Under the pieces are notes generated by a model. That model saw only the letters and a program-made list of their open reading frames with translations, was not told the origin of the DNA and did not search any database. A DNA stretch of 62,944 nt, the filler included, from Choristocarpus tenellus KU-1152 (Eukaryota > Protista > Phaeophyceae): NCBI GenBank assembly GCA_964200185.2. It is 10 parts of 10 records of this genome, joined end to end, with 100 filler letters (N's around TTAATTAATTAA, not from the genome) between each part and the next. Parts side by side here need not be neighbours in the genome. Positions count along the whole stretch, not along the records: positions 1 to 5,440 come from CAXNAD020010769.1; positions 5,541 to 9,583 come from CAXNAD020016512.1; positions 9,684 to 24,832 come from CAXNAD020001046.1; 7 more parts are not named here. One strand, written 5' to 3'. Every line of letters begins with the position of its first letter. Position 1 is the first letter of the stretch. Below, piece by piece: positions 1 to 14,299 of the stretch. The position numbers and the translations under genes are program-made.

Positions 1-243
1 GACCGGGGTGGAGGGTGAGTCGGAAAAGATTGGGGGGGGGCAGAGGGCGGTGATGCGATAGCAGTCATCAACACACACGGCAATGGGAGCTTCATTGCAC
101 CATGGTACAAGGCGATCTCAACTGAGCAACTTCATTCCATCTGCCTGTTCTCCCACTCAATCAAGCAAAGCCCACACACAAGCACATGCTTTGAAGTATA
201 GGCGCAACCTTACTAGATGAATACGCAGCAGGGGCTTACTCAC

Positions 244-2831
244 TGTAGGGCAATCCGGGGTGGCAGGCGGTGATGGTATTCCCCTACCCGGTCTTTCTCA
301 TTGCCAGCCTTTCCCACCTCACCCTTCCGAAAGGCATCCAGAAGAGTGCCATGGGCCTTGACACAATGCACAGACACCGGCCGGGAGAGTCGTGCAGCTA
401 ACGCCATCTGCTCGTGGAAAACCTCCAGCTGGGATCCATCATACAGGACACCAAGGCAGTTGATGAGATTATGGGGAAGAAGGGTTGACACCGTGCAATA
501 CTATGGTAGAGGCAGGCAGAGCAAGCAGGAGAGTTGTGGCTGCTCAAGGGCAGTGAGAGACTGAGGTATATAGTGAGAAGGATTGGTGGGAGGGTTGATG
601 GGAAGCTTTGTTGTTAAGTCTATCGCATTTTTTTTATTTTCAAAGACTTGTACACACACACATTTGACAACCAATATCAAGGTATGGATAATACTCATGT
701 ATATCTGTATATGGTGTAACATTTTGGACACTGAGACATGGTCTGCTTCCTGTCCATATGGATACCTGCCCGACACTTGAAAATTGATCCAAAAGCTTTG
801 TCGCTAAGTGTGATGATAAAACGATGTATTGAGCAGAATACAGGTCAGGGCAAGATGAAAATAGTATAATAGTAAAATATCATGCAACCATGAATTGGTG
901 GAATAGGACCTTGTTCAATGTGGAATAGAGACATTTAATCAGCTAAAATAGGCATCTCTGCCCTGCCCTCCTCTGCTCTGCTCTCTATGCTAGGGGGGCT
1001 ATGAATGATCCTGATATTATCCAAGTCAACTTCTATCAAGAACTGAGAGAATGCCCAGCCATGCAATTGTGGAGACAGCTCCTTTGCACTTTGGCAAGAC
1101 ATATTACTCAAATATCAGGCATGCACATATATGCACGGCCACAAACTGTGCAAAGCACAGTTGACTGCCTATGTGCGTGTCATCACTGTCAGTATAAACT
1201 ACCATTCCATGCATCCGCACAACTTCTTGCAGCTTACTGCCATTTGTGTCAAGGTCACTTTGGAGATAAGGGTGACAAATTGAGTATATATTTAGTGCTA
1301 ACAAAACAGACCCACCTGCAGAGGAGGTCATGAACTGTACAGCACAGTTTTGAAACGGGTTTGTCTAATGCTATGGGGTGTACACCACATATGATTGGAT
1401 GTCACAATACACCTTACTAGTAGTAAACCACTTCTAGGAACATAGCAAGCTCACATTACACATTCAAACTCTGTAGTACACAATTGCTAAATGTACAGAG
1501 ACACTCTATTGTCCAAGGCAGTTCAACTGCAACAGCTTAGATACATTAAGCTGCCATGCAGCAATTGATGTTACTCACTTAACTCCTCCCTTACTCATGT
1601 CTTCCCCGGTCCCATACGTACAGGTGGGAACTGTTTAATTTGTTCCAACATCAGAACGGCCTGAATATGCGTCTGTGAAGCCTCAAGTGCAGCTCATACA
1701 TAGAGGGATAGGAACGCACCTGAGTACCCCACTCCACACGATGTGTGTCAGGGGTCTTGGCCACCTTGTCTAGACCTGTGGCATAGATGGACAGGTTACA
1801 AGGTATTACGACTAGGAGACAAGTTCAATATAGCTGTGGGCTTACAGATAATTTGTCGTACGACTGCATGGCCAGATCACGCCGGACATTGAAGATGAGT
1901 GCCACATACAGGATATGGATCAGCTCCCTCCACAGTTGAACGGACCAATCTTGCGAACATTTGTGTACTGTGCATACAGTACTAGTTTAGGATACTTCTA
2001 TTCTGACGCAACATGTATGAAAAATCTGTAGTACTGACTGATGAAGCGTGTTTCTCAATCAAGTAAATCCCCAACAAGGGCCCTTGATGTGGAAGGAAGA
2101 TGAAAGAGTCCAATGGAACCAGATCTCCACCTCTCACCAATTTCCCCAACAATCGCTCGAGGATGTTCCTCCAGAAGAGCCGTCAATCTCTCTAGCCACT
2201 GGGTGGTTCTTCTGTGGGCGTACCTGACCCAAAAAGCCATTGAGAAGGCGATGCGACCATTTTGTATTGGAATGGCAAAAACATGATTGAAGGAGGGTGC
2301 AATGGTGGCGCAACCCTTGAAAGATACTGTAGTCACGAGTCACAGAGTGTTGCTTTCTGTTTCGCACCTAGAGAACTGGAGAAAATGCTTCGATGGTTTA
2401 TGACCTAGAACAATAAGACGAAAACCACACGCAATGGCGCACCATGGGTGCAGTCCCAGTCCAAACAGAAATGAACCAGACGTCATTTGGCAGGTCTGGA
2501 GACTTCCGTTGTCCTTGCCTTGTTTATTCCTCATCAAGAGAACCTCTTCATCCTCCTGGCATTTTTTCGGACTCCTAAATGTTCTTTCTCGCCAACTAAG
2601 CCCGAAGACTGAGAAGTCAATTACCCGCTCCCAATCGTCCTCCCTGATGCCCATCGTAATTGGATGTATGACATCCCCTTCCTCACACAGGCTGAAATCA
2701 TCAACATCAGAGCTCTGAACTACGTCACAACCACAGCCTGGAGTCTCGATGGAGGAACCGAGATGGATGTGACAGTGGGTGTCAATAACCCACTGAAATG
2801 CTGGTGGTGAATACAACCCACTTTCCGTCAT
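244..2831 (-). CDS. TatD-family metal-dependent DNase (3' end lies beyond left edge of window)
   Basis: Exons 2831-2443, 2223-2138, 1775-1720 and 428-244 have GT/AG ends and compatible phases. They give the TatD motifs IDTHCH, GLHPW, AIVGEIGLDK, EQMALAARLSRPVSVHCVKAHG and RIAL(H). Confidence 0.9.
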
Positions 2832-3165
2832 ATCTCTTGTTGTGAAGTGATGTTTAACATAGGAGAGCCAGTGTCGTGTTCAGTTCCACCTCTCGCGCAA
2901 ACGCGCAGTTGTTCTCGCTTCGCGAGAAGTTTAGTAGGAGAGGTCACAAGTCCACCCCGAAACCTTTTTTCCCTACAATACTGTCGAAGCACTATTTATA
3001 CCTCCTCAATTTCTAAGGTGGATCCATTGTTAGATATCCGCCTAGTGTTAAGTTGTTGAGGCTCAATTTTCATCCAGGGTGCAACAAGAACTAGTCGCTT
3101 AAGAGACGAGACTTGCAAACGATTTATGGAAGGCGGAGGAGCAAATCGGAGCCAGTGGGGGTGAT
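2832..3165. promoter_or_regulatory. Short divergent intergenic region (putative bidirectional promoter) between TatD and DIX genes
   Basis: 334 bp between opposing ATGs (2831 on -, 3166 on +). Contains CpG-rich TCTCGCG (2891-2897) and the inverted repeat TTCTCGC-TTC-GCGAGAA (2912-2928). Confidence 0.55.
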
Positions 3166-5440
3166 ATGATCAGGTGCAGAACTAAGCAGAGTGCTAAATG
3201 ACCGAAATTGACGTTTTATTCTGAGTCCCATGGGATATCCTTCTCCAAACCCACTACCTCCATGTAAACCCTCCGCTTGCTTCCGTCATCCAACACGACA
3301 TCGAATACATCTCTGTCGTTCCGCCTCGAGAGTGGTAATGTTTCCCGGCGAGCCAGTGTACGTTATCGGAATGGCTTTCTCTACCTGGTAAAGGAATGCA
3401 GTGTCTGCTGGTATCTATCAACATTATTAGTGGTTCATTTACTGCCTGTCCTAACTCAGGATTTGCCGATCCAGAGATTCTTGCCTTTTCAACCTGTGCT
3501 CTTCTGCGTAGGTATTTTATTCCCAGCGATGGGGACGACCCCGAACACCCGAATGTCTTCCAGCTCCACAGCAGCTCGGTAGCAAATGGGACGGTGCGTT
3601 TTTCCGATATTCAGGCGCGCTTTCCCTTGCCTGGCAGCTACCACTTTCGGTTCAAGAAGAAGTTCAGAGACGGTTTCGGTGAGTAGAGTAGGACTTGACC
3701 AACGCGTTGGTATGGATGCACTTTCCCCCTGCTTTTCCACATTAAGTAACATAGAATTTGCAGTGATGAACAGAATGTGGCTATGTCGATACCCAGAGAC
3801 CTCCTGATTGTTCCACTTCTGCCTTTTGCCACTCTCACTGAAGCTTGATCCCCTCATCCCCAGCATCCCTGCCGGCCCCACCCCCCTTGGATGTCAGTCT
3901 GGGTTGATATTTCTGATGGCAGTGCCGTAGTCCCTTCATATGATGGAGTATACACTGCCAAGATTGTGCGGTTATCAGCACCGGAGGGAGCCACTGCTTG
4001 GGTGGGTGGGCAGGGAGGACGAGTCGATACTGCGTCGATGGGTTCTGTTAAGGGACAGGGGATTGGAGGTGGGGGAGGTAGCGTCGGAGGTGGGCCAGGT
4101 GAGACCGCTATTGTTGCTGAATATTGCATGTCAAAGGCCATGGTAAAGGTTTAGGAGGGTGCAGGCAGGTTGTTGCAAGCAGGAGAAAACCTGAGTCAAA
4201 GTTCTCAGTAGGGGTATACCATAGGGTATACTTGCTGCAAATACCCTGTTTAATTTGGAAAGCAGCCTTGACCAAATACATTTTTGCTCCACTAATCTTT
4301 TGTAGCTGCACAAAGAGGAGATAACTAAGATCTTCAAGATGGAGTGAGGAAAGTCTCTGATCTTTTACATTCACAACTTTTGACACATTCATCGCATTAC
4401 GAGGGACTCTTCAGATTCCCCTCTTCTAGGTACACTTACAAGCTCAATATTTTTTCTGGCAAAATCGGTACATATTCCTCAGATCGCTGCTTTTTCATAC
4501 ATCCCAAATTTCATTGCATTTTTTGTGTTCAATATCAACCAACACGTAGTCTTCTCAGCATTTTTGTGCTTTTTGTCATTCATTGTGTGACATAGGTCTT
4601 GGCAGTGATGACCTTCTTAACATGAGTTCAGGTGGTGGCGCCCCAGTCACACCACGAGCCAATCAGGGAGTGTCCCAGGTGAGAATCATGATGTTCTGCT
4701 CAAGGTAGTGGTCTGAGGAACTGGAATAAGGACACCTGAACTGTCAAGTGTTGCGAGCTGTCCAAAGATGGACAGGGACATTGACGCCTCTCAGTTGATC
4801 TCCTTCTGTGAAAGGAGGAAATGTGACTTTTGGTTTTAGTGGTTGTTATCATGTACTTCAAAGTGAGAAACATTTGGAGAGTAGGAGATACTATTTCAAG
4901 AGAGGCTGCGTTCCCTTCCTTTCTTTTTCTTCCTGGTGAACAAGAGTAGGTCAAATTTAGTCATCCACTTGTTTTTTGTTTACAGCAGGACTGTACTACA
5001 TTGGTACAAAAAGTTAAAACCATTTTCTTAGAATGAAGAAGACAACCAGCTTAGTCTGCTTGCAGATATGTTTCAAGCTTGTGGGGTGGGAATCAAAAGT
5101 TGCTGTTGGCATGAGGTATGCTGGAGTATATGTTTTGTCCCACTTCAGTATGAATATTACTCTTCTGAAGAGATGAAAACTAAAGGGTATTATCAGCAGT
5201 CAAACAGCCATCAGAGCAGTTCACCCTGACCCCTTCCCCCCCCCCCCTCCCCCCCCCCCCCCCCGTCCTTTCTCCTGTTGACATAGCAACCGGATGACCT
5301 TTTGGGCATGATGGGTGTGTTTGACAGTTCCCATCCAACAACCCGAACATCAGCATCTCCATCATTGGGCCAACAGTCTCCTCGAATGCCGGGGACACCT
5401 GGGGTGGCAGGGGGGCAACAGCCGATACTGGGGGGGGCGG
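3166..5440 (+). CDS. DIX-domain protein with low-complexity tail containing DDLL motifs (3' truncated at linker)
   Basis: Exons 3166-3173, 3512-3678, 3898-4098, 4596-4678 and 5287->5440, all in phase. Translation: MIRYFIPSDGDDPEHPNVFQL...VRFSDIQARFPLPGSYHFRFKKKFRDGFVWVDISDGSAVVPSYDGVYTAKIVRL. This matches the DIX pattern (Y-x-F-x-FK; P-x-x-dG-x-x-x-x-K-I/V). SDDLLNM and PDDLLGM follow. Confidence 0.8.
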
Positions 5441-5540
5441 NNNNNNNNNNNNNNNNNNNNNNNNNNNNNNNNNNNNNNNNNNNNTTAATTAATTAANNNN
5501 NNNNNNNNNNNNNNNNNNNNNNNNNNNNNNNNNNNNNNNN
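5441..5540. other. Artificial contig linker (44N-TTAATTAATTAA-44N)
   Basis: Identical 100-bp spacer with stops in all six frames. Recurs at 9584-9683, 24833-24932, 30661-30760, 33277-33376, 37796-37895, 44239-44338, 51451-51550 and 59089-59188. Confidence 0.97.
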
Positions 5541-5599
5541 GACCTGAAAAAATGACCCCAAATGGACAGCTGTCACCCCCCCCCCAGATACTTTGAGCC
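5541..5599 (-). mobile_element. MITE family A, partial (end at contig start)
   Basis: caaatggacagctgtcaccccccccccagatactttgagcc matches the reverse complement of the left end of the full copy at 17035. Confidence 0.75.
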
Positions 5600-6169
5600 A
5601 GAAGGACAACTAAGGGAGAAAGTAATAGAAAGAGTAGTAACAACATGATAATATCAAATATTACCACATTAATACAACATTCCATACCTTGGATAACATG
5701 ACATTCAACACAATTTCATCCTTATAACCCTCACGACAAAATATATGCAACTAATAAAAAACACCATGCAGTGTCAGTTACACTCCAGTCCAAAACGCAT
5801 ACTCGTTCTGTTCTGAAACATAAGAAGAGCAGTGATTTTATAGCTGCTCAACAGAGCAACATTGGGACCCTGCACAAGGGTAAATTCACCAGGGTTGCGT
5901 AGTTCTTTGGATCAAAACAAGTACACGATCTCGGGCTTATGGCAGAGGTATTAAGCGTAGACGGCTGTCGGTACGATGGACCCCTGATGTGACCAATAGA
6001 CGTAAAGGAAACTCAGGCCAGAAAGGTATTGATCTTGAGTGTCTGGGGGAGGGTTTGAAAAACTGCTTAAACCTAACGATGGAACCATTTTATCCCCTAA
6101 GCAGGAATGAAATTTGTCTGTTTACCCCCCGAAACATTTATCCGTGCCCCCATTTTATTTCTCAACCCA

Positions 6170-6429
6170 GAGTAAAAGTATCTTAGAGGGTACGATTTCT
6201 GCCCTTTTTGTCCATTTGGAGCTTGACTTCCCATGGATTTTTAATGACATTTTACCTACTCCAAGATGTTTCGGAGTAGGTAAAATGTATCCATTATGAA
6301 AAGGTGTGGGCGGAACAAGTGTATTGACATCTTCTAACAAGCATAATAGCCAAAATTACATCAAAATTGCAAAATTTGAATTTTGGCCCCCAAATGGACG
6401 CGACTCTACCCTCTAAGATACTTTGAATC
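6170..6429 (+). mobile_element. MITE family B (~260 bp)
   Basis: TIRs gagtaaaagtatcttagagggta ... taccctctaagatactttgaatc, flanked by ccca/ccca. Internal hairpin cattttacctactcc/ggagtaggtaaaatg. Homologous copies at 36333-36592 and 46057-46317. Confidence 0.85.
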
Positions 6430-7390
6430 CCCATTCCGATGCTTATCAACTGTCTGCAGTGCCGCCTATAGCCAAATGTCAATACTTGGCATGTTTTCTG
6501 GAACATTCTACTAAGGCTTGTATTTTGGAACAGAATGGGTACAACATTTTGTTGTGCCCGTAACTCTCCGGACCAAAAACATATACAACATTGTGTAATG
6601 CTCATGGCACTCCAGTAGTCCAAAACATGCATTACATTTGTTGTAATTTCAGGATAACACACATTATGCCATAATAACACAAAATGTAATGATATTACAT
6701 TGTGTTACAAGACACACAATATAGTGTTATGGCTTAACACTCTCGGAAGTATTGTCATAAGATCCCATTGTGTGTTGTGCCGTAGCACAACTTTGGAAGT
6801 TTACGTACGCTTTCTCCGATTCTGTGAGTCGCTTATCCTTCTCTTTGTCAATCACGCCTTCCTTCACTGGCACGGCAGTATGTGTGGTTGGTACTGCCTG
6901 AAGGTCTTTCACGACATCTGCAGAAACATTGTAGTCTCCCTTTCCTGATTTCGAGATCTTAACGAAGAGTCTCTCCAACTTCCAGGGTATCACCCAATCA
7001 CATTGTACATGGAGGTTGCTAGGGGATTCCATCTTCTCCTTCTCTCCGAAGTTTTTAAAAGGGGTCTATGACAACCTAATGCTTGACTGATCGTAACTGC
7101 AAAGAAACTGATGAAGGGTGGATCTTGGGAGATGTACAGTTTGGTCTCAACCAAACGTCAAAAGAAGAGTATTAGGTGGTTTAGGGCATCTCTTGTGGGG
7201 GAACTCATATTCGGGACCAATCTTCCACAAGAAAAAAAAAAGATTTTATTTTTAGGAAGAATATCGACTGGAACAAAATTGGGCGATAGTGTAATTTGGT
7301 TGGTTCTGTACGTTGTGACCATTTTTGTAGTGGTGGATTTCTTCCTTTAAATCTGATTGAAATGTCCTCTTGACCGAGATTGTTCCTGTA

Positions 7391-7630
7391 TGTATAAGAG
7401 ATGGTGGGCTTAACGAAAAGTGACTGGCAATAAATTATTGATATTTTTTTTTGTGCAAAAAAAATTGCTCTTCTTTCTCCCACTTTTCCCGATTATAAAG
7501 TCAACTATAATAATAGGTGTATAAGAGATGTTCTTAACGAAAAGTGACTGGCAATAAATGACTGATATTTTTTTTGGTGCAAAACAAATTGCTTTTCGTT
7601 CTCCCACTTTTCTCGATTATAAAGTCAACT
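7391..7630. repeat. Diverged tandem duplication, ~115-125 bp unit
   Basis: tgtataagagatg...cttaacgaaaagtgactggcaataaat...gattataaagtcaact occurs at 7391-7506 and 7518-7630. Confidence 0.9.
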
Positions 7631-8367
7631 GTAGGGATTCGTTGGTCAACAAATTAGATATATACAAAGAACCACACATCAGTCAAATCAAATCCGATTG
7701 GTGACGTGCAAATTATGCAAAAGAGAACTAACTACTCAAGTAGAGTATTTTGCTTTGGGTGGTATGGATATGTTTATTAGCGGAGTGAGCACAGCCCTCG
7801 GTGGTGGGGGGTGCTCTCTCTTATTATCTTATTGTTTCTTACATGTTGTCTTGTAGTGTTGACTAAACACATATAAACCATATAGACTATCAGCCTATAT
7901 ATTGCACACAAATCAATTCCCTACAAATCAATGGCTACTTCTGTCATGTATATGAGTTATGCATATTGGGCACATTCTCACAAATCGCAGATTTAGGAGA
8001 AGTTGACACTTTTGTTTGTGGATTAAGATTATTTGTACTCGCTCATGTTGGTTGTTGGTGTTGTGGGACGAATCTATCATAGTAGGATGAAATAATGTTG
8101 ACAGATCAATACGTCATCATTTGTACAACTTGTGTTGATATTGACAAACTGTTGTGGGGAGATTCGAATGGACGTATTTGTACCAGAAAACTGTACATGT
8201 TATGGAAATAGGAGAAGAGTGGTACGCACAAATAGTTGTACAAGTTTCATTGATAATTCTGGTGCAGGAATAGATAGGCACAGGAAGGCAGTAGTAGTAC
8301 AACATAATGTTTTTCACATTTATGATATTTTATTTCTTTAGGTCTAATAACGACATATGTATATTAT

Positions 8368-8570
8368 TTTATTATGCCCTCTGACATTTTGCAGATGTGT
8401 CAGGAGAAAACCAATGGAAACTATATACANNNNNTTACTAATCAGTTACTTCACCACTATCAAATATTGTACTACTGTCATCCTTATCTTCCCATCTACC
8501 TACGACATATGTATCGTTTTCATTGGTTTCCCTCCTGACACATCTGGAAAATGTCAGAGGGCATAATAAT
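8368..8570. mobile_element. MITE-like family D with ~50-bp TIR (ATTATGCCCTCTGACATTTTGCAGATGTGTCAGG...)
   Basis: Left end attatgccctctgacattttgcagatgtgtcaggagaaaaccaatggaaac. Right end gttttcattggtttccctcctgacacatctggaaaatgtcagagggcataat. Partial copies at ~9551-9583, ~33509-33545 and ~56113-56172. Confidence 0.8.
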
Positions 8571-8947
8571 AAAAATGATTCCTCAATGTTTAGAAGGATC
8601 GGTACTTTATAATACTATATATATTATGTATAATACCAGTATAGAAATAAGTACTAAATGAAATTTCAGTAGTCGTAACCAACGATTTGTACATGATTGT
8701 TCTTTCCCTTTTAAATTTCAAGTGTACTACAAGCAAGATTATGTAGACGATTGTTCTTTCCTGTAAATCGCAACATGATATTTGTATATAAAGATTAGGT
8801 AGGGAGAGGTCACCAATTAACATCTTCTTTCGATATACAGCGACAAATAAGTTACACATGCTAATAAAATAGTGAGTGATATCCACAAAACATCGACATA
8901 TCGGGATTTATACGCCCTTCCTCAATATTGAGTTATACTCACAAAAT

Positions 8948-9210
8948 TATTTGAACCAACTGAGAGGTAGGCAGGGCTTGGTTTTAAGGATCTTAGAAAG
9001 GGCAAAAAGATGCAATTTTGTGCCATTGCTGAAGATCCTCTGCTGAATTGTGTTGTCACTTTGTGTGTGGAGAGGTAGAATATCAATAAGTAGTGCACAC
9101 TTTTGTGCACATCAAGCGATTGAAATATATAGTGTATTGCAATGGGTATTGAAGATTACTTAGAATGCAAAAAGGATCGAAACCCCCCTACCTCTCAATT
9201 GTTTTGGCTC
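8948..9210 (+). mobile_element. MITE family C (~230-260 bp)
   Basis: Left end ...gaaccaactgagaggtaggcaggg; right end cctacctctcaattgttttggctc. Interior aligns with 47198-47429 and 56251-56505. Confidence 0.8.
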
Positions 9211-9974
9211 ATTTGAATACAAGATTCCTATTTAGAAATTATTTCAAAATCTTCACCACTCCTTCAACCTTCCCATACAAACATTTGTACATACTTTTTC
9301 CTACTTATACCATATGTAGATTATTATAGGGAGTTGTTACTACAAGATTCCTTTGGGTCTTGTTTGACTTTTTGTTTGAAGGGGTTGGAATGTTCGATGA
9401 TTTGAGTTGAAATTCTACTTTACAGTCCAACCATATTATTATATATTATACCTTTTTAGTTACTAGATTTTTTTTACGCAGAAAAGTTTCCATCCATGAA
9501 TATATATTTTTTATTTCTTTAGGGCTAACAACGACATATATATTTTTATTATTATGCCCTCTGACATTTTGCAGATGTGTCAGNNNNNNNNNNNNNNNNN
9601 NNNNNNNNNNNNNNNNNNNNNNNNNNNTTAATTAATTAANNNNNNNNNNNNNNNNNNNNNNNNNNNNNNNNNNNNNNNNNNNNGAAGGGGAGGAGAGGGG
9701 GTAGGTAGGGAAGGGGTAAGGGGGGTGGGGGAAATGTATTTCAGGTTCGAATTTCATGAAACGGACAAAATTGTTCATTCATCGATGAAAAGCCTTCCTT
9801 CCCATGGAAAACCAAACACAAAGGTCCATACAGGGCTCCATTGATCTAGGGTGTTATAAGCGTTTACTTGTGCTGCAACAATTGGAATCGAAGCAAAGCC
9901 TTCAAAAGCGGATAGCAATACTGATAGCAATACTGATAGCAATAGCTGCAGTAAACAATACAACACAATACTTT

Positions 9975-9977
<3 letters not shown>

Positions 9978-10036
<59 letters not shown>

Positions 10037-10042
10037 CACACA
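9978..10042. repeat. (CA)n microsatellite
   Basis: About 30 CA units with one interruption. Confidence 0.95.
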
Positions 10043-11053
10043 GGAGGAAAAGAAGAAAGTTATTCTCATCGCATCTATTCGCCTTTACTACAAGAACACA
10101 ACACTCCACTTCCTGAAATAAGTATTTTTAAACTCTCCCCCAAATGCCTCCTTCCACAAGGGTGACCCCAATAACTGGGCACAAAGCACCAAACCCCAAA
10201 ACAACACACATACATCCACATTTCGAGAACAACAAGATAAGATCACTAGAGGAGTCACAGTTGAAGGGGCAAGGAAAATTAAGAGCTAAGGGTAGTTAGT
10301 TACTACAGGGTTGATGCAAAACCATCCAAGCAAGCGGGACGCAAATGCACAAGAAGATTACCTCTGATCACACAGTACAATGAAAAAGCCTTCCACGTTG
10401 CTGAAAACACATGATACTGTCACAAGGCAAATCACACGGCCCTTTCAAACTCAGTGTCAACCCCCCACTTAAATCCGATCACTAGTTCAGGTGATTTTTT
10501 TTTTCAAATATTCGCATTTTAATTAGTAACCCAATCACAATCAAAACCGACAACACCATGCTGGCCTACTAAGACCATACTACTACACCTTCAAGAGTAA
10601 AAGTATACATACATACCTCATATTGTCACGGCACTGAATACCCTCCAATTACCACATGCCAATCTTCAACAGGCTTCTGCTGTCTCATGATCAAATCCAC
10701 ATTTCCACTTCCACACTTCAGAAGAGCACTGGCTCTATTGCTGTAGTGAATCAAAACTTAAATTGCTGTGTACGTTGAAGCTAAAAACAACTGGGGCATT
10801 AAAATATCCCCACATACTCAAAAGACAATTAATAATAGATACCTGCGTGCAACGCACAATCACAGACGCATGAAAAATGCTCAGGCTTCACGACCAAAAT
10901 GCTTGGTGCAATAATCACATGACGCACACACACTCGTGTGCAAAATAACCTCCCAATAAAAAAAAAATCACCACCTCAATGTTCGGTTTCGAGCAATCCC
11001 TACCACATGGAATATAAGATTCGAAAAATGGAATATAAGATTCGCAACACTCA

Positions 11054-14299
<3,246 letters not shown>

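Noticed and set aside
5485-5496. TTAATTAATTAA as a recurring biological motif or CRISPR-like repeat
   Set aside because: Always embedded in exactly 44+44 Ns; it is a synthetic linker.
6727-7032. 101-aa minus-strand ORF
   Set aside because: No recognisable domain or convincing splice context; lies in a repeat-rich contig.
7516-7529. Possible Nextera/Tn5 adapter contamination (gtgtataagaga)
   Set aside because: Only a partial match to AGATGTGTATAAGAGACAG, and it is part of a diverged genomic tandem repeat.
9775-10121. ORFs with CVCVCV/THTHTH runs
   Set aside because: Translations of the CA microsatellite.
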